Source of the DNA: a bacterium
GTDB taxonomy: Bacteria > Vulcanimicrobiota > Xenobia > Xenobiales > JADMJV01
Assembly (NCBI GenBank): GCA_018266105.1
Contig: JAFEBA010000042.1
Span: 22,216 to 86,215 of the forward strand
Length of the DNA: 64,000 bases
Direction: 5' to 3'
In this document: positions 18,034 through 27,867 of the stretch, in pieces
Layout: the number at the start of each line of letters is the position of its first letter
How positions within the stretch are numbered: the stretch's first letter is position 1
Notes under the pieces: generated by a model
Told to the model about the DNA's origin: nothing
The model's input: the letters and a program-made list of their open reading frames with translations, nothing else
Database searches by the model: none
Made by a program: the position numbers and the translations under genes

Positions 18034-19812
18034 ATGAATTTGAAAGTCACCCCAGCCAAAGCAGTTTGGTTTGCCGTCCGGTTGACCGCAGTCATTGTCG
18101 CCAGCTTTCTGCTCAGCAGCAAAATCGCTCCGCTATGGAACCACTGGGTCGGAATCAGTGGCCGGGCAGCTGGTCTGGGGAGCGGCCTTGTGCTGATCAT
18201 GGTGGTGGTACTGGCGATCCCGGCATGGCTGGCCGGTTTCCTGCGGCGGCGCCTAACAAAGCTCTCCAGCCTCACCTGGATTGCCGTCTGGAATCTGGCC
18301 CTCAGCATCCTCCTGCTTCGAACTGGAAGCAACTTGCACAGCCACGGGAGCTGGCTGCTAGGCCAGACGCTGGGAACTGGACATCCGTTGGTGCTCGCCT
18401 TTCAGAATTGGCTGGGCTGGGGCGCTGGCGAATCCGAGCCCGGCCCGATTCCCCTGGCTGCTCCTTCAACCCCAACGCCATCGCACACCCCAGTCTGGAG
18501 AGAAACTCCCCAACCCAAGCCATCCCCCGCTCCCGACAGCCAACCGCCCCTTCGTCCGGCCGGCCCTCTGGAGCTGAAGGGTGGTCTGGTGCTGGTACCT
18601 GCCGAAACCACATCCACGCCGACCCCTGAACCTGCAGGGAAATCAGCCAACCACGCCTGGCGACTGGGAATCGTTACATCCTCAGAGTCTTCCCTTCGCA
18701 ATGGTTTCCCAGCCTCGACGGAGGAGGTCGAATTGATCTGTAACTTGGATGGATTCGCCGAACCGGATTCGGCCCGCCTGGAAGTGACCTGGTCCAACCA
18801 GCAAGGATTCAACCACCGAGAGCAGGTCGTGGCCTCCAGGACCAGAGTGGAACTGAAGCTACGGCGTCCAGACGGAGGCTGGGTCAGCGACATTCCCTAC
18901 GGCGTGGAAGTCAAAGTGGACGGTCGTCATGCTGCAAGCTACCGTTTTAGCTTCCCCTCTCAAGAGCGAGACCAGGTCGTCTTTTCCTTCTTCGCCGCCA
19001 TCCGCCGCGGAGACCGTTCTGCAGTCAGGCTCAGTCTGAAGCGGGACCCGAGCCTGGCAAACGCTGTGGGTCCGAACAATGTCGGCGCGACCGAACTGTC
19101 GGAATGCCAGGCCCGGGGAGACTACGTCAGCCCGCTCAACCTGGCCATTTCGAATGGTCAGGGCGAAATCGCTCGTATTCTCATCTCGGCCGGGGCCGAC
19201 GTGAATCAGCCTGCCGGGATCCACGCCATGACTCCACTCCTGGAGGCCGCTTCCAAGTCCGACTCGGAACTGCTGGGAGCCCTGCTGGAGGCCGGTGCAT
19301 CCCCCCAAGCGCAAGAAGCTCTGCAGTTGAGAAGCGCTTTGGACTATGCCGCCGAGAGCGGGCAGGTTGAGAACGTTCGCAAACTGCTGAAAGCGGGGGC
19401 GGACCCAAACTGGTTCATGATCCCGAGCAAAGACCGGCTCAATCCAGCCCGGGTCGCCGCGCTCGTCAAGAACCGTGAAATGGCGGAGTCCAAACATCTG
19501 GAATGTCTCAAACTACTGCTAGATGCCGGATCGGAGCCTCCACCCCTGGCCCCCTATTGCGAGGAGTGGGGGTCCAGCAAGATATTGAAGGAACTGCTCG
19601 CGCGAGGAGCCGACCTGGAAGCGGGCAAAACCGATGGCGACAAGGCCCTTTGGAGGGCAGTCTACCTGGGGCGGGCCGATCAGGTGGAATTGCTGTTGGC
19701 AGCGGGGGCAAAAACCTCCCTCGTCGTGGATGGCAAGCCTCTGCAGGAATGGGCACGCCAATCCAAGATCGATTCCCAGAAGAAGCTGGCCTTATTGGAG
19801 CAAAAAGGATAG
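18034..19812 (+). CDS. membrane-anchored ankyrin-repeat protein
   Basis: ATG preceded by GGGAG. About 4 N-terminal TM helices, a Pro-rich linker, and C-terminal ANK repeats (SPLNLAISNGQGEIARILISAGADVN; TPLLEAASKSDSELLGALLEAGASP; ALDYAAESGQVENVRKLLKAGADPN). Confidence 0.8.
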   Translation: MNLKVTPAKAVWFAVRLTAVIVASFLLSSKIAPLWNHWVGISGRAAGLGSGLVLIMVVVLAIPAWLAGFLRRRLTKLSSLTWIAVWNLALSILLLRTGSNLHSHGSWLLGQTLGTGHPLVLAFQNWLGWGAGESEPGPIPLAAPSTPTPSHTPVWRETPQPKPSPAPDSQPPLRPAGPLELKGGLVLVPAETTSTPTPEPAGKSANHAWRLGIVTSSESSLRNGFPASTEEVELICNLDGFAEPDSARLEVTWSNQQGFNHREQVVASRTRVELKLRRPDGGWVSDIPYGVEVKVDGRHAASYRFSFPSQERDQVVFSFFAAIRRGDRSAVRLSLKRDPSLANAVGPNNVGATELSECQARGDYVSPLNLAISNGQGEIARILISAGADVNQPAGIHAMTPLLEAASKSDSELLGALLEAGASPQAQEALQLRSALDYAAESGQVENVRKLLKAGADPNWFMIPSKDRLNPARVAALVKNREMAESKHLECLKLLLDAGSEPPPLAPYCEEWGSSKILKELLARGADLEAGKTDGDKALWRAVYLGRADQVELLLAAGAKTSLVVDGKPLQEWARQSKIDSQKKLALLEQKG

Positions 19813-19835
19813 CCGCTGGGAAGGGGTGCATTTAT

Positions 19836-21368
19836 TTGGATCTATTCGTAGCAATAGAAAGCAACAATGTTTCGGAAGTGGATCGTCTACTCCAGGCCGG
19901 CCTTGACGCGAACACACGCAGGGGTCAGATGACTGCGCTCATGCAAGCTGCCTCTCAGGGGCGAATGGAAATCCTAGAAACTCTGCTGCGCTGCGGAGCT
20001 GATCCACAAGCAACCGACTCGGACGTCGCGCGCGTTGGCCTCAAACGAATGGCCCAATTTGGTGGCAAAGATTGCCTCAGAGACGAGGCCCTCGGGCATT
20101 GCGCTCTGTTTGTTGCCGCCCGCCACGGTCAGGCCGCGGTGATTTCCCGCTTAATTCAGGCGGGGGCCGACCCGAATCGACGAGACTTCTTGGACGAAAC
20201 CCCGTTGATCTGGGCCGCCGAGGGGGGTCATCAAGAGGCTATCGCCGCGTTGCTGCTGGGCGGCGCCCGGCCCGATTCCAGAACTTTGATGGCTGCACTG
20301 GAAAAAAAACATCCAGAGTGTGCACTCGATTTGCTTCAGGCCGGAGTCTCACCCGATCAGAAGGCCCTGGTCCAGGCTGCCGATCTGGCCGATGCCCGCC
20401 TGCTGGAGAAGATGCTTGCACTCCAGCCCAAGCTGAAGACAGGCAAAGCCCTGGCACCGATCGCCTACGCTACTCGCACGGTCCCAGCGGCGGAGGCCCC
20501 ACCTGGCCGCTGGCCGACGCTATTGAATCAGAGCGGCTGGTTTAAACGAGTGCCGGAGCCCGAAGAGAAAATTCTTGAGGCTGTGGAAGTGCTTCTGAGG
20601 GCGGGCGCTCCCGTGAATGAAATCAGCTCAGTCGGTCCGGCCCTGTACGTCGCCGCTCAACAGGGCCTGACTTGCCTGGTGCGGCGGCTGCTCGAGGCCG
20701 GAGCCGACCCGCGTCTGGCCTACCGAGATCGTACCCCGCTCGAGGTCGCTCGGCTTCTAGGTCACGAGGAGATCGCGCGGCTATTAGGCGACGACGCTGC
20801 AGTTCCACCGCAGCCAGCCCTCCCGACCGCCCGCACACCGGGGACTGGCAAAGAACTGCAGCAGCCTTGCTTCCCAGAGTTCCCCGAAATTCCGGAACTC
20901 GAGGCGATCTGTGGCTCGCTCAGCTCCCAGCCGGACTACCTGAGGGGAGGGCGCGAAATCCGTTTGTCCAGGCCGGTTGACCTGCTGGCTCTACAACGCC
21001 ATTGGCGAACACAGGGCATCTACCTTTTCCACCCGGGCGACGAGACTTTACTGGCAGCCATCCCCGCTGACCATTGGCGAGTGGCCGTTGCCCTGATGCA
21101 GACCAACGGCGCGAACTGGGACCTGAACCCGAGCGACGTGGTGAGCTGGCTCGAGAAGCTTGAGAAAAAGCAGCCGTTCGAATTGTCAAACATCACTCGC
21201 GACCGGCTTGAAGGCGCCTTCCAGACACCCATCGCCGAACCCGAACGTCTGGCTCAAAGCATGTATCAATTTTGTCCCGACATCGTAGACCAGGGATGCG
21301 GCTCCCTGGAAGTGCTGGTTCAGGAGCTGAAAAAGGCTCCTGCAACTCTTTTCCTCTGGTGGGACTGA
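19836..21368 (+). CDS. ankyrin-repeat protein with DUF4253-like C-terminal domain
   Basis: Probable TTG start after the upstream stop; the ORF is open from 19503. ANK repeats (TALMQAASQGRMEILETLLRCGADP; ALFVAARHGQAAVISRLIQAGADPN; TPLIWAAEGGHQEAIAALLLGGARP). The C-terminus ends ...CPDIVDQGCGSLEVLVQELKK..TLFLWWD, which I recall as typical of DUF4253. Confidence 0.7.
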   Translation: MDLFVAIESNNVSEVDRLLQAGLDANTRRGQMTALMQAASQGRMEILETLLRCGADPQATDSDVARVGLKRMAQFGGKDCLRDEALGHCALFVAARHGQAAVISRLIQAGADPNRRDFLDETPLIWAAEGGHQEAIAALLLGGARPDSRTLMAALEKKHPECALDLLQAGVSPDQKALVQAADLADARLLEKMLALQPKLKTGKALAPIAYATRTVPAAEAPPGRWPTLLNQSGWFKRVPEPEEKILEAVEVLLRAGAPVNEISSVGPALYVAAQQGLTCLVRRLLEAGADPRLAYRDRTPLEVARLLGHEEIARLLGDDAAVPPQPALPTARTPGTGKELQQPCFPEFPEIPELEAICGSLSSQPDYLRGGREIRLSRPVDLLALQRHWRTQGIYLFHPGDETLLAAIPADHWRVAVALMQTNGANWDLNPSDVVSWLEKLEKKQPFELSNITRDRLEGAFQTPIAEPERLAQSMYQFCPDIVDQGCGSLEVLVQELKKAPATLFLWWD

Positions 21369-21400
21369 CCAACTCGAAAGTCAGGCTGCGCGTCTCGGTC

Positions 21401-21916
21401 TCAAGCCAAAAGCTCCCCACGATCCAGGTCCAATCTGAAGTCCCGCCAACCTCCAGGTGGGTCCCACTCCCCCTGACCTTCGATCACACCGTGGTCAACA
21501 TGGCTGACCAGCACACCATCCAGGCCCAGCTCGGGACTGACCCAAATCAAATTGCCCGGTGGGTCCAGGCGCATGATTCGAGTTGCTGAGCAAACCAGTA
21601 GGTCCTGTTCCAAAGGAAAGAAGCTCCCGAAATACCAGTCCAACTGGAACTCTCGCATTTCAAGGGTTGCCAATGCAATCCTGAGCGCTCGACTGCCCAC
21701 ACCCACCCAGAGTGCTCCCTGCCAATACAGGCAATCCTCAAAAGCGTGGCTTTCGTCGTCTTGCAAATGGAGACAGATCCTGAGCCAGGGCCGCTCGTGA
21801 CGGCTGACCAGCAAATACCGCCAGGGAGTTCCCGGGTTGCTTGGTGCAAACTCCAGGGTCTTACAGACGGACCACTCCGGTTTATCACTGAGGGTGAAAA
21901 TCCAACTGAACTCCAC
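21401..21916 (-). CDS. hypothetical protein
   Basis: 171-aa ATG ORF, Trp-rich, no motif. Sits 14 nt downstream of the next hypothetical gene on the same strand. Confidence 0.5.
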   Translation of the reverse strand: MEFSWIFTLSDKPEWSVCKTLEFAPSNPGTPWRYLLVSRHERPWLRICLHLQDDESHAFEDCLYWQGALWVGVGSRALRIALATLEMREFQLDWYFGSFFPLEQDLLVCSATRIMRLDPPGNLIWVSPELGLDGVLVSHVDHGVIEGQGEWDPPGGWRDFRLDLDRGELLA

Positions 21917-21929
21917 GAACCCGGACCGG

Positions 21930-22379
21930 TTAACCCACTCGATCCAAGGGACCCTCGGGAGCCTTTAGCTTGGAGACCAACTTGTCGTGGGGGCCATTCA
22001 TGCAACCTCCGCATCCCTTTCGGCAGCAGTCGCCCGCCAGCGAGGTCGTGCCCATGGCCGAGCCGATGATGGCCAACTCACCAAACTGGTCGCCCAGCAC
22101 CTCCGCGAAATGGTCCTGCAAGCTCTGCTGGTTACCGTCCGCCCATCCATCCGCGACCTTACGGGTTTTGAAATGGTCTTCGTCATTGTTGCCGGTCGAG
22201 TCAACCCAAATCTGCAGCCAGTTGGGCCACATCTCAACTTTCCAAACGAATCCGCCCATGGCCTCCAACCGCGACTGAATGTCGCTGCGCAACACCGCCG
22301 CCTTGGCGTGAGCGGTGGCCACTTTTCGAGAGCCCCCAAACTTCTGCAATATTTGTTGGCGGGCGTTGATTCGATCCAT
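21930..22379 (-). CDS. hypothetical protein with C-terminal cysteine cluster
   Basis: 149 aa with a DCCRKGCGGCMNGPH cluster (CC-x3-C-x2-C) near the C-terminus. Divergent from the methyltransferase/GT cluster. Confidence 0.5.
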   Translation of the reverse strand: MDRINARQQILQKFGGSRKVATAHAKAAVLRSDIQSRLEAMGGFVWKVEMWPNWLQIWVDSTGNNDEDHFKTRKVADGWADGNQQSLQDHFAEVLGDQFGELAIIGSAMGTTSLAGDCCRKGCGGCMNGPHDKLVSKLKAPEGPLDRVG

Positions 22380-22573
22380 TCTTGACTTCCATTTGTTTAG
22401 GTGAGCACGACTTTTTCTTTAGGCAAACACAATCCTTCTTGAAAGAGTATCCATCCAAGACGTGGACCGGGCAGCAACACCAAGGCCGGACTCTTCAGGC
22501 AAGCCGAAAGAGAAAACTCCAACCGCGCTGGGCAAACGAAGGTAAACTGCGAATATACAGCGTAAAGGCTACA

Positions 22574-23419
22574 GTGTCTGTCGCAGAACCCGCTGATCAA
22601 TCGACCGCCGACTCGTTTGCCAATTCTTGGAACAACCTGAGTCAGGGCTCAGTCTATACCTTTGCTCAGTTTCTAGATTGGATGGATCCCTTGACTCCTG
22701 AGAGCTTCGCGGGCTCTGAGGTGCTTGAATTGGGCTTCGGAAACGGCTCACTTCTCTTCCACGTTGGCGGATGCCGTCCCAAGCGGCTGGTCGGCATCGA
22801 CCTGGGCGACACTATCGATACGGCCCGAAAAAATCTTTCCAAGTTCGATCCCCTGCCGATCGAATTACATCGAGGCGATCTGACTCAGGCCCAGCTCGGA
22901 GAATTCGACCTGGTCTACTGTATTGGAGTTCTCCATCATCTCTCCGAACCACGAGCCGGCTTTGAGTCTGTCCTACGCCATACCCGACCGGGCGGACGCT
23001 TCCACTGTTGGGTCTACGGCTGGGAGGGCAACGCGCTGATCCGCCTGCTGGTGGAACCCATCCGAAGGCGCGCCTGCAAGCTGCCGTGGTGGATCAACAA
23101 ATACCTGGTGGCGCTGCCCCTGTCCATCCCGTTTTTCCTCTACTGCAAAGCGATCGGTTGGCTCAATCGACTGGCTCCAATTCGAGGCTTGCTTAAGCTG
23201 CTGCCGCTCCGGGACTATGCCGTTTGGATCTCAAAACGAGAGTGGGGATTTTTTCATCATGTGGCTTTTGACCAGTTGGTCACTCCCCAAACGGTCTATT
23301 TGAGACGCGAGGAACTGGCGGACTGGCTCAACGATCCCAGAATTCAACAGGGTAGCACTTACATCCAAATGAGGAATGGCAACTCGTGGAAATTCGGCGG
23401 CCTGCGCAGTTATGAGTGA
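22574..23419 (+). CDS. class I SAM-dependent methyltransferase
   Basis: Motif I VLELGFGNGS, followed by DLVYCIGVLHHL and RPGGRF. GTG start chosen downstream of the AT-rich intergenic region; the ORF is open from 22382. Confidence 0.7.
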   Translation: MSVAEPADQSTADSFANSWNNLSQGSVYTFAQFLDWMDPLTPESFAGSEVLELGFGNGSLLFHVGGCRPKRLVGIDLGDTIDTARKNLSKFDPLPIELHRGDLTQAQLGEFDLVYCIGVLHHLSEPRAGFESVLRHTRPGGRFHCWVYGWEGNALIRLLVEPIRRRACKLPWWINKYLVALPLSIPFFLYCKAIGWLNRLAPIRGLLKLLPLRDYAVWISKREWGFFHHVAFDQLVTPQTVYLRREELADWLNDPRIQQGSTYIQMRNGNSWKFGGLRSYE

Positions 23420-24413
23420 AGCCTCAAGCGTTCAGCTCTCGATTTTGATTCCGGTCTACAATGAGCTGGAGAACCTTGAGCTTTTGCATCAGAAACTGAC
23501 TGCCAGTCTCGAGGCAATCAACCAGACTTACGAAGTGATTTTGACTGACGACGGAAGCACTGACGGTAGCACCGAACTCATTCGCGAGATCTGCAAGAAA
23601 GATGCTCGCTTTGCCCTTGTGAGACTCAACCGGAACTTTGGACAGACTGCGGCCATGGCGGCTGGTATCGATCACGCTCGAGGCAAGATCCTGGTCACCA
23701 TGGATGCGGATTTGCAAAACGATCCGGCCGACATCGTGAGGCTGCTGGAACGCTTCAACGAAGGCTATGACTTGGTCAGCGGTTGGCGCCGGAAACGCAA
23801 AGATGCCTGGATCAACCGGACACTCCCTTCCAAGCTGGCCAACGTTATGATTTCACGCATCACGGGCGTTTGGCTGCACGACTACGGGTGCACCCTCAAG
23901 GCCTATCGAGCCGACCTCTTAAAACAGATCAATCTATACGGAGAAATGCATCGGTTTCTTCCAGCCCTCTTGTCTCACTTGGGAGCAAGAATCACGGAAA
24001 TCGAAGTGACTCACCATCCTCGTCACGCCGGTAAAACCAAATACGGCATCGGACGAACGGGCAAGGTGCTGCTGGACCTCCTGACCGTGAAGTTCCTGGG
24101 CACCTTTGCCACAAAACCCATCTATCTGTTTGGTTGGTGCGCCATCTTCTGTTTTGTGGCCGGCGCTCTCTCACTGACCGCAATGCTCTATCTGAAGTAT
24201 CTCGGTTTTTCCATGATTCTAACGCCTTTGCCTATGATGACGGCCATGCTGGAGATCCTGGGAGTGCAGTTCCTGGGCATGGGCCTGCTGGCCGAGCTGG
24301 TAATCCGGACTTATCACGAGTCTCAACACAAGAAGATTTACGTGCTCAGAGAATTCATTGGACCCGGATCTTCCTGTCCCCAGCTCGAGCCGCAAGCGGA
24401 GCAAGACGACTAG
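23412..24413 (+). CDS. family 2 glycosyltransferase, polyprenyl-phosphate sugar transferase type (DPM1/ArnC/GtrB-like)
   Basis: Motifs LSILIPVYNE, TDDGSTDGS, MDADLQNDP, plus two C-terminal TM helices. The ATG overlaps the upstream stop. Confidence 0.9.
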   Translation: MSEASSVQLSILIPVYNELENLELLHQKLTASLEAINQTYEVILTDDGSTDGSTELIREICKKDARFALVRLNRNFGQTAAMAAGIDHARGKILVTMDADLQNDPADIVRLLERFNEGYDLVSGWRRKRKDAWINRTLPSKLANVMISRITGVWLHDYGCTLKAYRADLLKQINLYGEMHRFLPALLSHLGARITEIEVTHHPRHAGKTKYGIGRTGKVLLDLLTVKFLGTFATKPIYLFGWCAIFCFVAGALSLTAMLYLKYLGFSMILTPLPMMTAMLEILGVQFLGMGLLAELVIRTYHESQHKKIYVLREFIGPGSSCPQLEPQAEQDD

Positions 24414-24414
24414 A

Positions 24415-26289
24415 ATGTGCGGTATTTGCGGCTTCTGGGGGGAATCGCCAGAAGACAATCTGCATCCCATGGCTGACGCCATCCTTCACCGAGGTCCCGA
24501 CGAGGCCGGCTACTACTGGGATCCGCAGGTCGGCCTGGCCATACGAAGGCTCTCGGTGATTGACATCGGAGGCGGCGGTCAACCTCTGCGCAACGAGGAC
24601 GGAAGCCTGGTTCTGGTCTATAACGGCGAGATCTACAACTACAGGGAGCTTCGGGCTGACCTTCAGTCCCGAGGGCATGTCTTCCGAACCCAGAGTGACG
24701 GCGAGGTTATCCTTCATCTCTATGAGGAACTCGGCGTGGAATGTTTAGGTCCATTGAACGGGATGTTCGCCCTGGCTCTGTGGGACCGAGTCACCCGGCG
24801 TTTGTTGCTGGCCCGTGATCGCCTGGGAATCAAGCCCCTCTACTACCAGCAACGGCCGGGCCAGCTTTTGTTCGGATCCGAATTGAAAGCGATCTTGCGA
24901 CATCCTGATGCTCAGCGTGAACTGGATCAGGTGGCCCTGGATCAATACTTCACCTTTGACTACGTGCCCGCTCCACGCAGCATCTTCAGGGGCATCCAGA
25001 AGCTCTTACCGGCGCACTACCTGCTCTGCCAACCCGGTCAGATTCAGCAGTTCCGCTACTGGCAGAGCCGCTATCAACCGGAAGTTCCGCCCCGCTCCCT
25101 GAACGAGTGGACCGAAGAATTTGACACTCGACTGAGAAAGTCGATCCATTCCCAGATGGTCAGCGATGTTCCACTGGGTGCATTTCTAAGTGGGGGTCTG
25201 GATTCCAGCACCATCGTGGCCTACATGGCCGAGGCCTCCAGCCGAAAGCTCAGCACTTTCTCTATCGGCTTCCACGAGCCGGCTTTTGACGAGTCCGCCT
25301 ACGCCCGAACGGTAGCCGAAACCTACGGAACCGACCACCATCAACACACCCTGGGAGCGGATGAAATCATGGAGGTGGTGCCTGAAGTGACCGCCCTTCT
25401 GGACGAACCGCTGGCCGACCCGTCCGTACTGCCGACCTTCATTCTCTCCAGATTCGCCCGACGCCACGTGACCGTGGTGCTCTCGGGAGACGGGGGAGAC
25501 GAGTTATTGGCCGGCTACCCCACCTACTCGGCCGCTCCCTATGCTGACCTGGCCCGTCACATACCGAAATTCTTGACTCAGCGACTGCTCAGGTATTTGG
25601 ACTGGTGGCCAGCATCCTTCGGAAATTGGAGCCTGGACTTCAAGGTCAAGCGATTTCTGTCCAGACTCTATTACCCGCCCGAAGAACGCAATGTCCTCTG
25701 GATTGGCTCTTGCTCTCCAGAGGACAAACTTAAAATGTACGGTCCGGCCATGCTCCAACATTCCAACACCACCTTTGAGCCCTTCTCCATCGGCTCAAGG
25801 ATCGACCGCCATCTGGACGCTTTGAACCGCCTGCTATTTCTGGACCTCAACTTCTATCTGGCTGATGATCTGCTGGTCAAGTTGGACCGAGCCTCGATGT
25901 CGGTCTCACTGGAGGGGCGAGTGCCTTTCCTGGACCACGAATTGGTGGAGTTTCTTTCGGCCGCCCCGACCCGATACAAGCTCAATGGCTGGAAAAGCAA
26001 GGTCTTGCTCAAGGAGCTGGGCAAACGCAAACTGCCGGCCTCCATCTTAAACCGACCCAAGAAAGGATTCGGCATCCCCGTGGCGCGCTGGCTCCAGGGA
26101 CCTCTGCGAAGCTGGCTGTGCGACCTGCTTCAACGATCTGAACTGGAAAGAGACGGGCTCTTCAATCACATCGGGGTGCACCAGATGCTGAATGAACATT
26201 TTAGCGGGCGACGAGACTGGCGCAAGCAGTTGTGGTCGCTGGCGTGCTTTATCAGTTGGAGACGAGGCTGGTTCCATGGAAAACAATAA
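24415..26289 (+). CDS. asnB: asparagine synthase (glutamine-hydrolysing) family amidotransferase
   Basis: N-terminal MCGICG (Cys2 Ntn nucleophile), GEIYNY, PP-loop FLSGGLDSS. Confidence 0.9.
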   Translation: MCGICGFWGESPEDNLHPMADAILHRGPDEAGYYWDPQVGLAIRRLSVIDIGGGGQPLRNEDGSLVLVYNGEIYNYRELRADLQSRGHVFRTQSDGEVILHLYEELGVECLGPLNGMFALALWDRVTRRLLLARDRLGIKPLYYQQRPGQLLFGSELKAILRHPDAQRELDQVALDQYFTFDYVPAPRSIFRGIQKLLPAHYLLCQPGQIQQFRYWQSRYQPEVPPRSLNEWTEEFDTRLRKSIHSQMVSDVPLGAFLSGGLDSSTIVAYMAEASSRKLSTFSIGFHEPAFDESAYARTVAETYGTDHHQHTLGADEIMEVVPEVTALLDEPLADPSVLPTFILSRFARRHVTVVLSGDGGDELLAGYPTYSAAPYADLARHIPKFLTQRLLRYLDWWPASFGNWSLDFKVKRFLSRLYYPPEERNVLWIGSCSPEDKLKMYGPAMLQHSNTTFEPFSIGSRIDRHLDALNRLLFLDLNFYLADDLLVKLDRASMSVSLEGRVPFLDHELVEFLSAAPTRYKLNGWKSKVLLKELGKRKLPASILNRPKKGFGIPVARWLQGPLRSWLCDLLQRSELERDGLFNHIGVHQMLNEHFSGRRDWRKQLWSLACFISWRRGWFHGKQ

Positions 26290-27046
26290 GCAATCCGCGG
26301 CCCGCTTGAACCTGGAGTTCTATGGGCAACCCAGATCAGGTACCACCGACTACTGGCGAAAGATGGCGGCCCCCCGCTTCCGCAGAGCCACCATAAAAAG
26401 ACTCCTTTCCCGGGTTCCGATGGGACCGCTGGTCGACCTCGGCTGTGGAGGTGGACAATTCCTGAGCGAGCTGATGAATTCACCGCGCCGCTCGTTGCTC
26501 ACCGGAATAGACCTTTCAGAGCCGCAACTGGAGCAAAATCGAGTTCAGATGCCCCATATCCAGTGGCAGTGCGCCGACCTTTGTTCGGGCGAGCCGGTTG
26601 CTCCCCACCTGCGAGACCATTTTACAGCCGTGATCGCCATGGAGTTAATTGAGCATGTTCAGGACCCGGGCCTGCTGCTGCGCAACGCACTCGCTCTGGC
26701 CAGGCCGGGCCAGGGTCACCTGCTCCTTTCAACTCAAAGCGGCCCCATTCGTCCCACCGAGGTCAGGGTCGGACATATCCAGCACTTTACAGCTCGTCAA
26801 ATGGACAGTCTGCTCCGTCAGTCAGGATGGGAACCGATCCAGGTTTGGAATGCCGGCTTCCCATTCCACGACCTGTCCAAGTGGTATGCGAACCGCAATC
26901 CACAGGCTTCGCTGCAGCAATTCGGAGACAAACCCTATGGCTTCTATGAAAATCTGGTGTGCTACATCCTGCGCTGGCTGTTTCAATTCAATTCGAACCG
27001 CTTTGGAGCCCAACTTTTTGCCCTGGCCAAACGTCCCGAAGTTTGA
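26276..27046 (+). CDS. class I SAM-dependent methyltransferase
   Basis: Motif I LVDLGCGGGQF, then AVIAMELIEHV and RPGQGHLLLST. Overlaps the asnB 3' end by 14 nt. Confidence 0.8.
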   Translation: MENNKQSAARLNLEFYGQPRSGTTDYWRKMAAPRFRRATIKRLLSRVPMGPLVDLGCGGGQFLSELMNSPRRSLLTGIDLSEPQLEQNRVQMPHIQWQCADLCSGEPVAPHLRDHFTAVIAMELIEHVQDPGLLLRNALALARPGQGHLLLSTQSGPIRPTEVRVGHIQHFTARQMDSLLRQSGWEPIQVWNAGFPFHDLSKWYANRNPQASLQQFGDKPYGFYENLVCYILRWLFQFNSNRFGAQLFALAKRPEV

Positions 27047-27217
27047 TCTACATCAAGGTATGCGCGTCGCGCAGCCCTTTATAATGTGGACACCGGAAGG
27101 AAAGCAGAAACGATCAAAACCTGACGCTAAATTGGCCGGGAGTCCGCGGGTTGGTCCCCGAGGCCTCGACCTAAACTAATCCAAGCCGTCGATTTTCTAG
27201 CCTTCTTTTACGGACTA

Positions 27218-27255
27218 CGACCCCCGCAGGTCTAACCGCGGGGGTCGCCGCTTTT
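27218..27255. terminator. GC-rich hairpin between convergent genes, with a T-run on the plus strand
   Basis: CGACCCCCGC-(10 nt loop)-GCGGGGGTCG followed by CCGCTTTT. Lies 6 nt from the stop of the minus-strand gene 27261..27827. Confidence 0.6.
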
Positions 27256-27260
27256 ACCGG

Positions 27261-27827
27261 CTAAAATCCAAAGAGGCGTTTGATTTTACCCTTGAAGCTG
27301 GTTTGGTAGCGTTTGAACTCGAGCTTGAAAAGCTGATCCTCGGCGACCTCCAGGGAGCAGCCAAAAACCTCGCTGAGGAAAGTGAAGACAGCCTGCTCGC
27401 CGTCAAACTCCTCTTCCACCGAATCTTCCCAAGCAAAGGCCGGACCATGTTGCCAGATCAGACCTTCATCGGCCGCGCCAACCCGACCTCGGATTAACTC
27501 TCCGCCCTGAAAGAGGGCGAATCCGTAAAGGTTGGTCACGCTATGCAAGGTGGCGACGAGCACGCGATGCGGGCCTAGAAGCTGCAGAGTGGCTCGGGCG
27601 CTGGCGGAAGGTTGAGGCGAATGAAGCAATGGCTCAACCAGGGAAGAAGAAAGAACGATCAGATGATGGTTCCAGAAGGCCAGGGCGACTCCCGGTGCCG
27701 GGTGAAGTGCCCGCTCAAGCAGGATCTGCTCACAGGGCTGGCCATCAAAACCCAGGCAACGCGCAATTGCCTCAAGGTCATCACCGGGCTGCTGAGGCCT
27801 GGCCAGAATGTTGAGTTTCCACCCCAT
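27261..27827 (-). CDS. hypothetical protein
   Basis: 188-aa ATG ORF with no signal peptide and no recognisable motif. Confidence 0.55.
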   Translation of the reverse strand: MGWKLNILARPQQPGDDLEAIARCLGFDGQPCEQILLERALHPAPGVALAFWNHHLIVLSSSLVEPLLHSPQPSASARATLQLLGPHRVLVATLHSVTNLYGFALFQGGELIRGRVGAADEGLIWQHGPAFAWEDSVEEEFDGEQAVFTFLSEVFGCSLEVAEDQLFKLEFKRYQTSFKGKIKRLFGF

Positions 27828-27867
27828 CCGCGCCGTTTTCGGGTATCCAAACGCAGACCCTGCCGAT

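Noticed and set aside
19503-19835. 5' extension of the second ankyrin ORF
   Set aside because: It overlaps the last 310 nt of the first ankyrin gene, and its translation (Arg/Gly-rich) lacks ANK features. The start was moved to the first in-frame start after the upstream stop.
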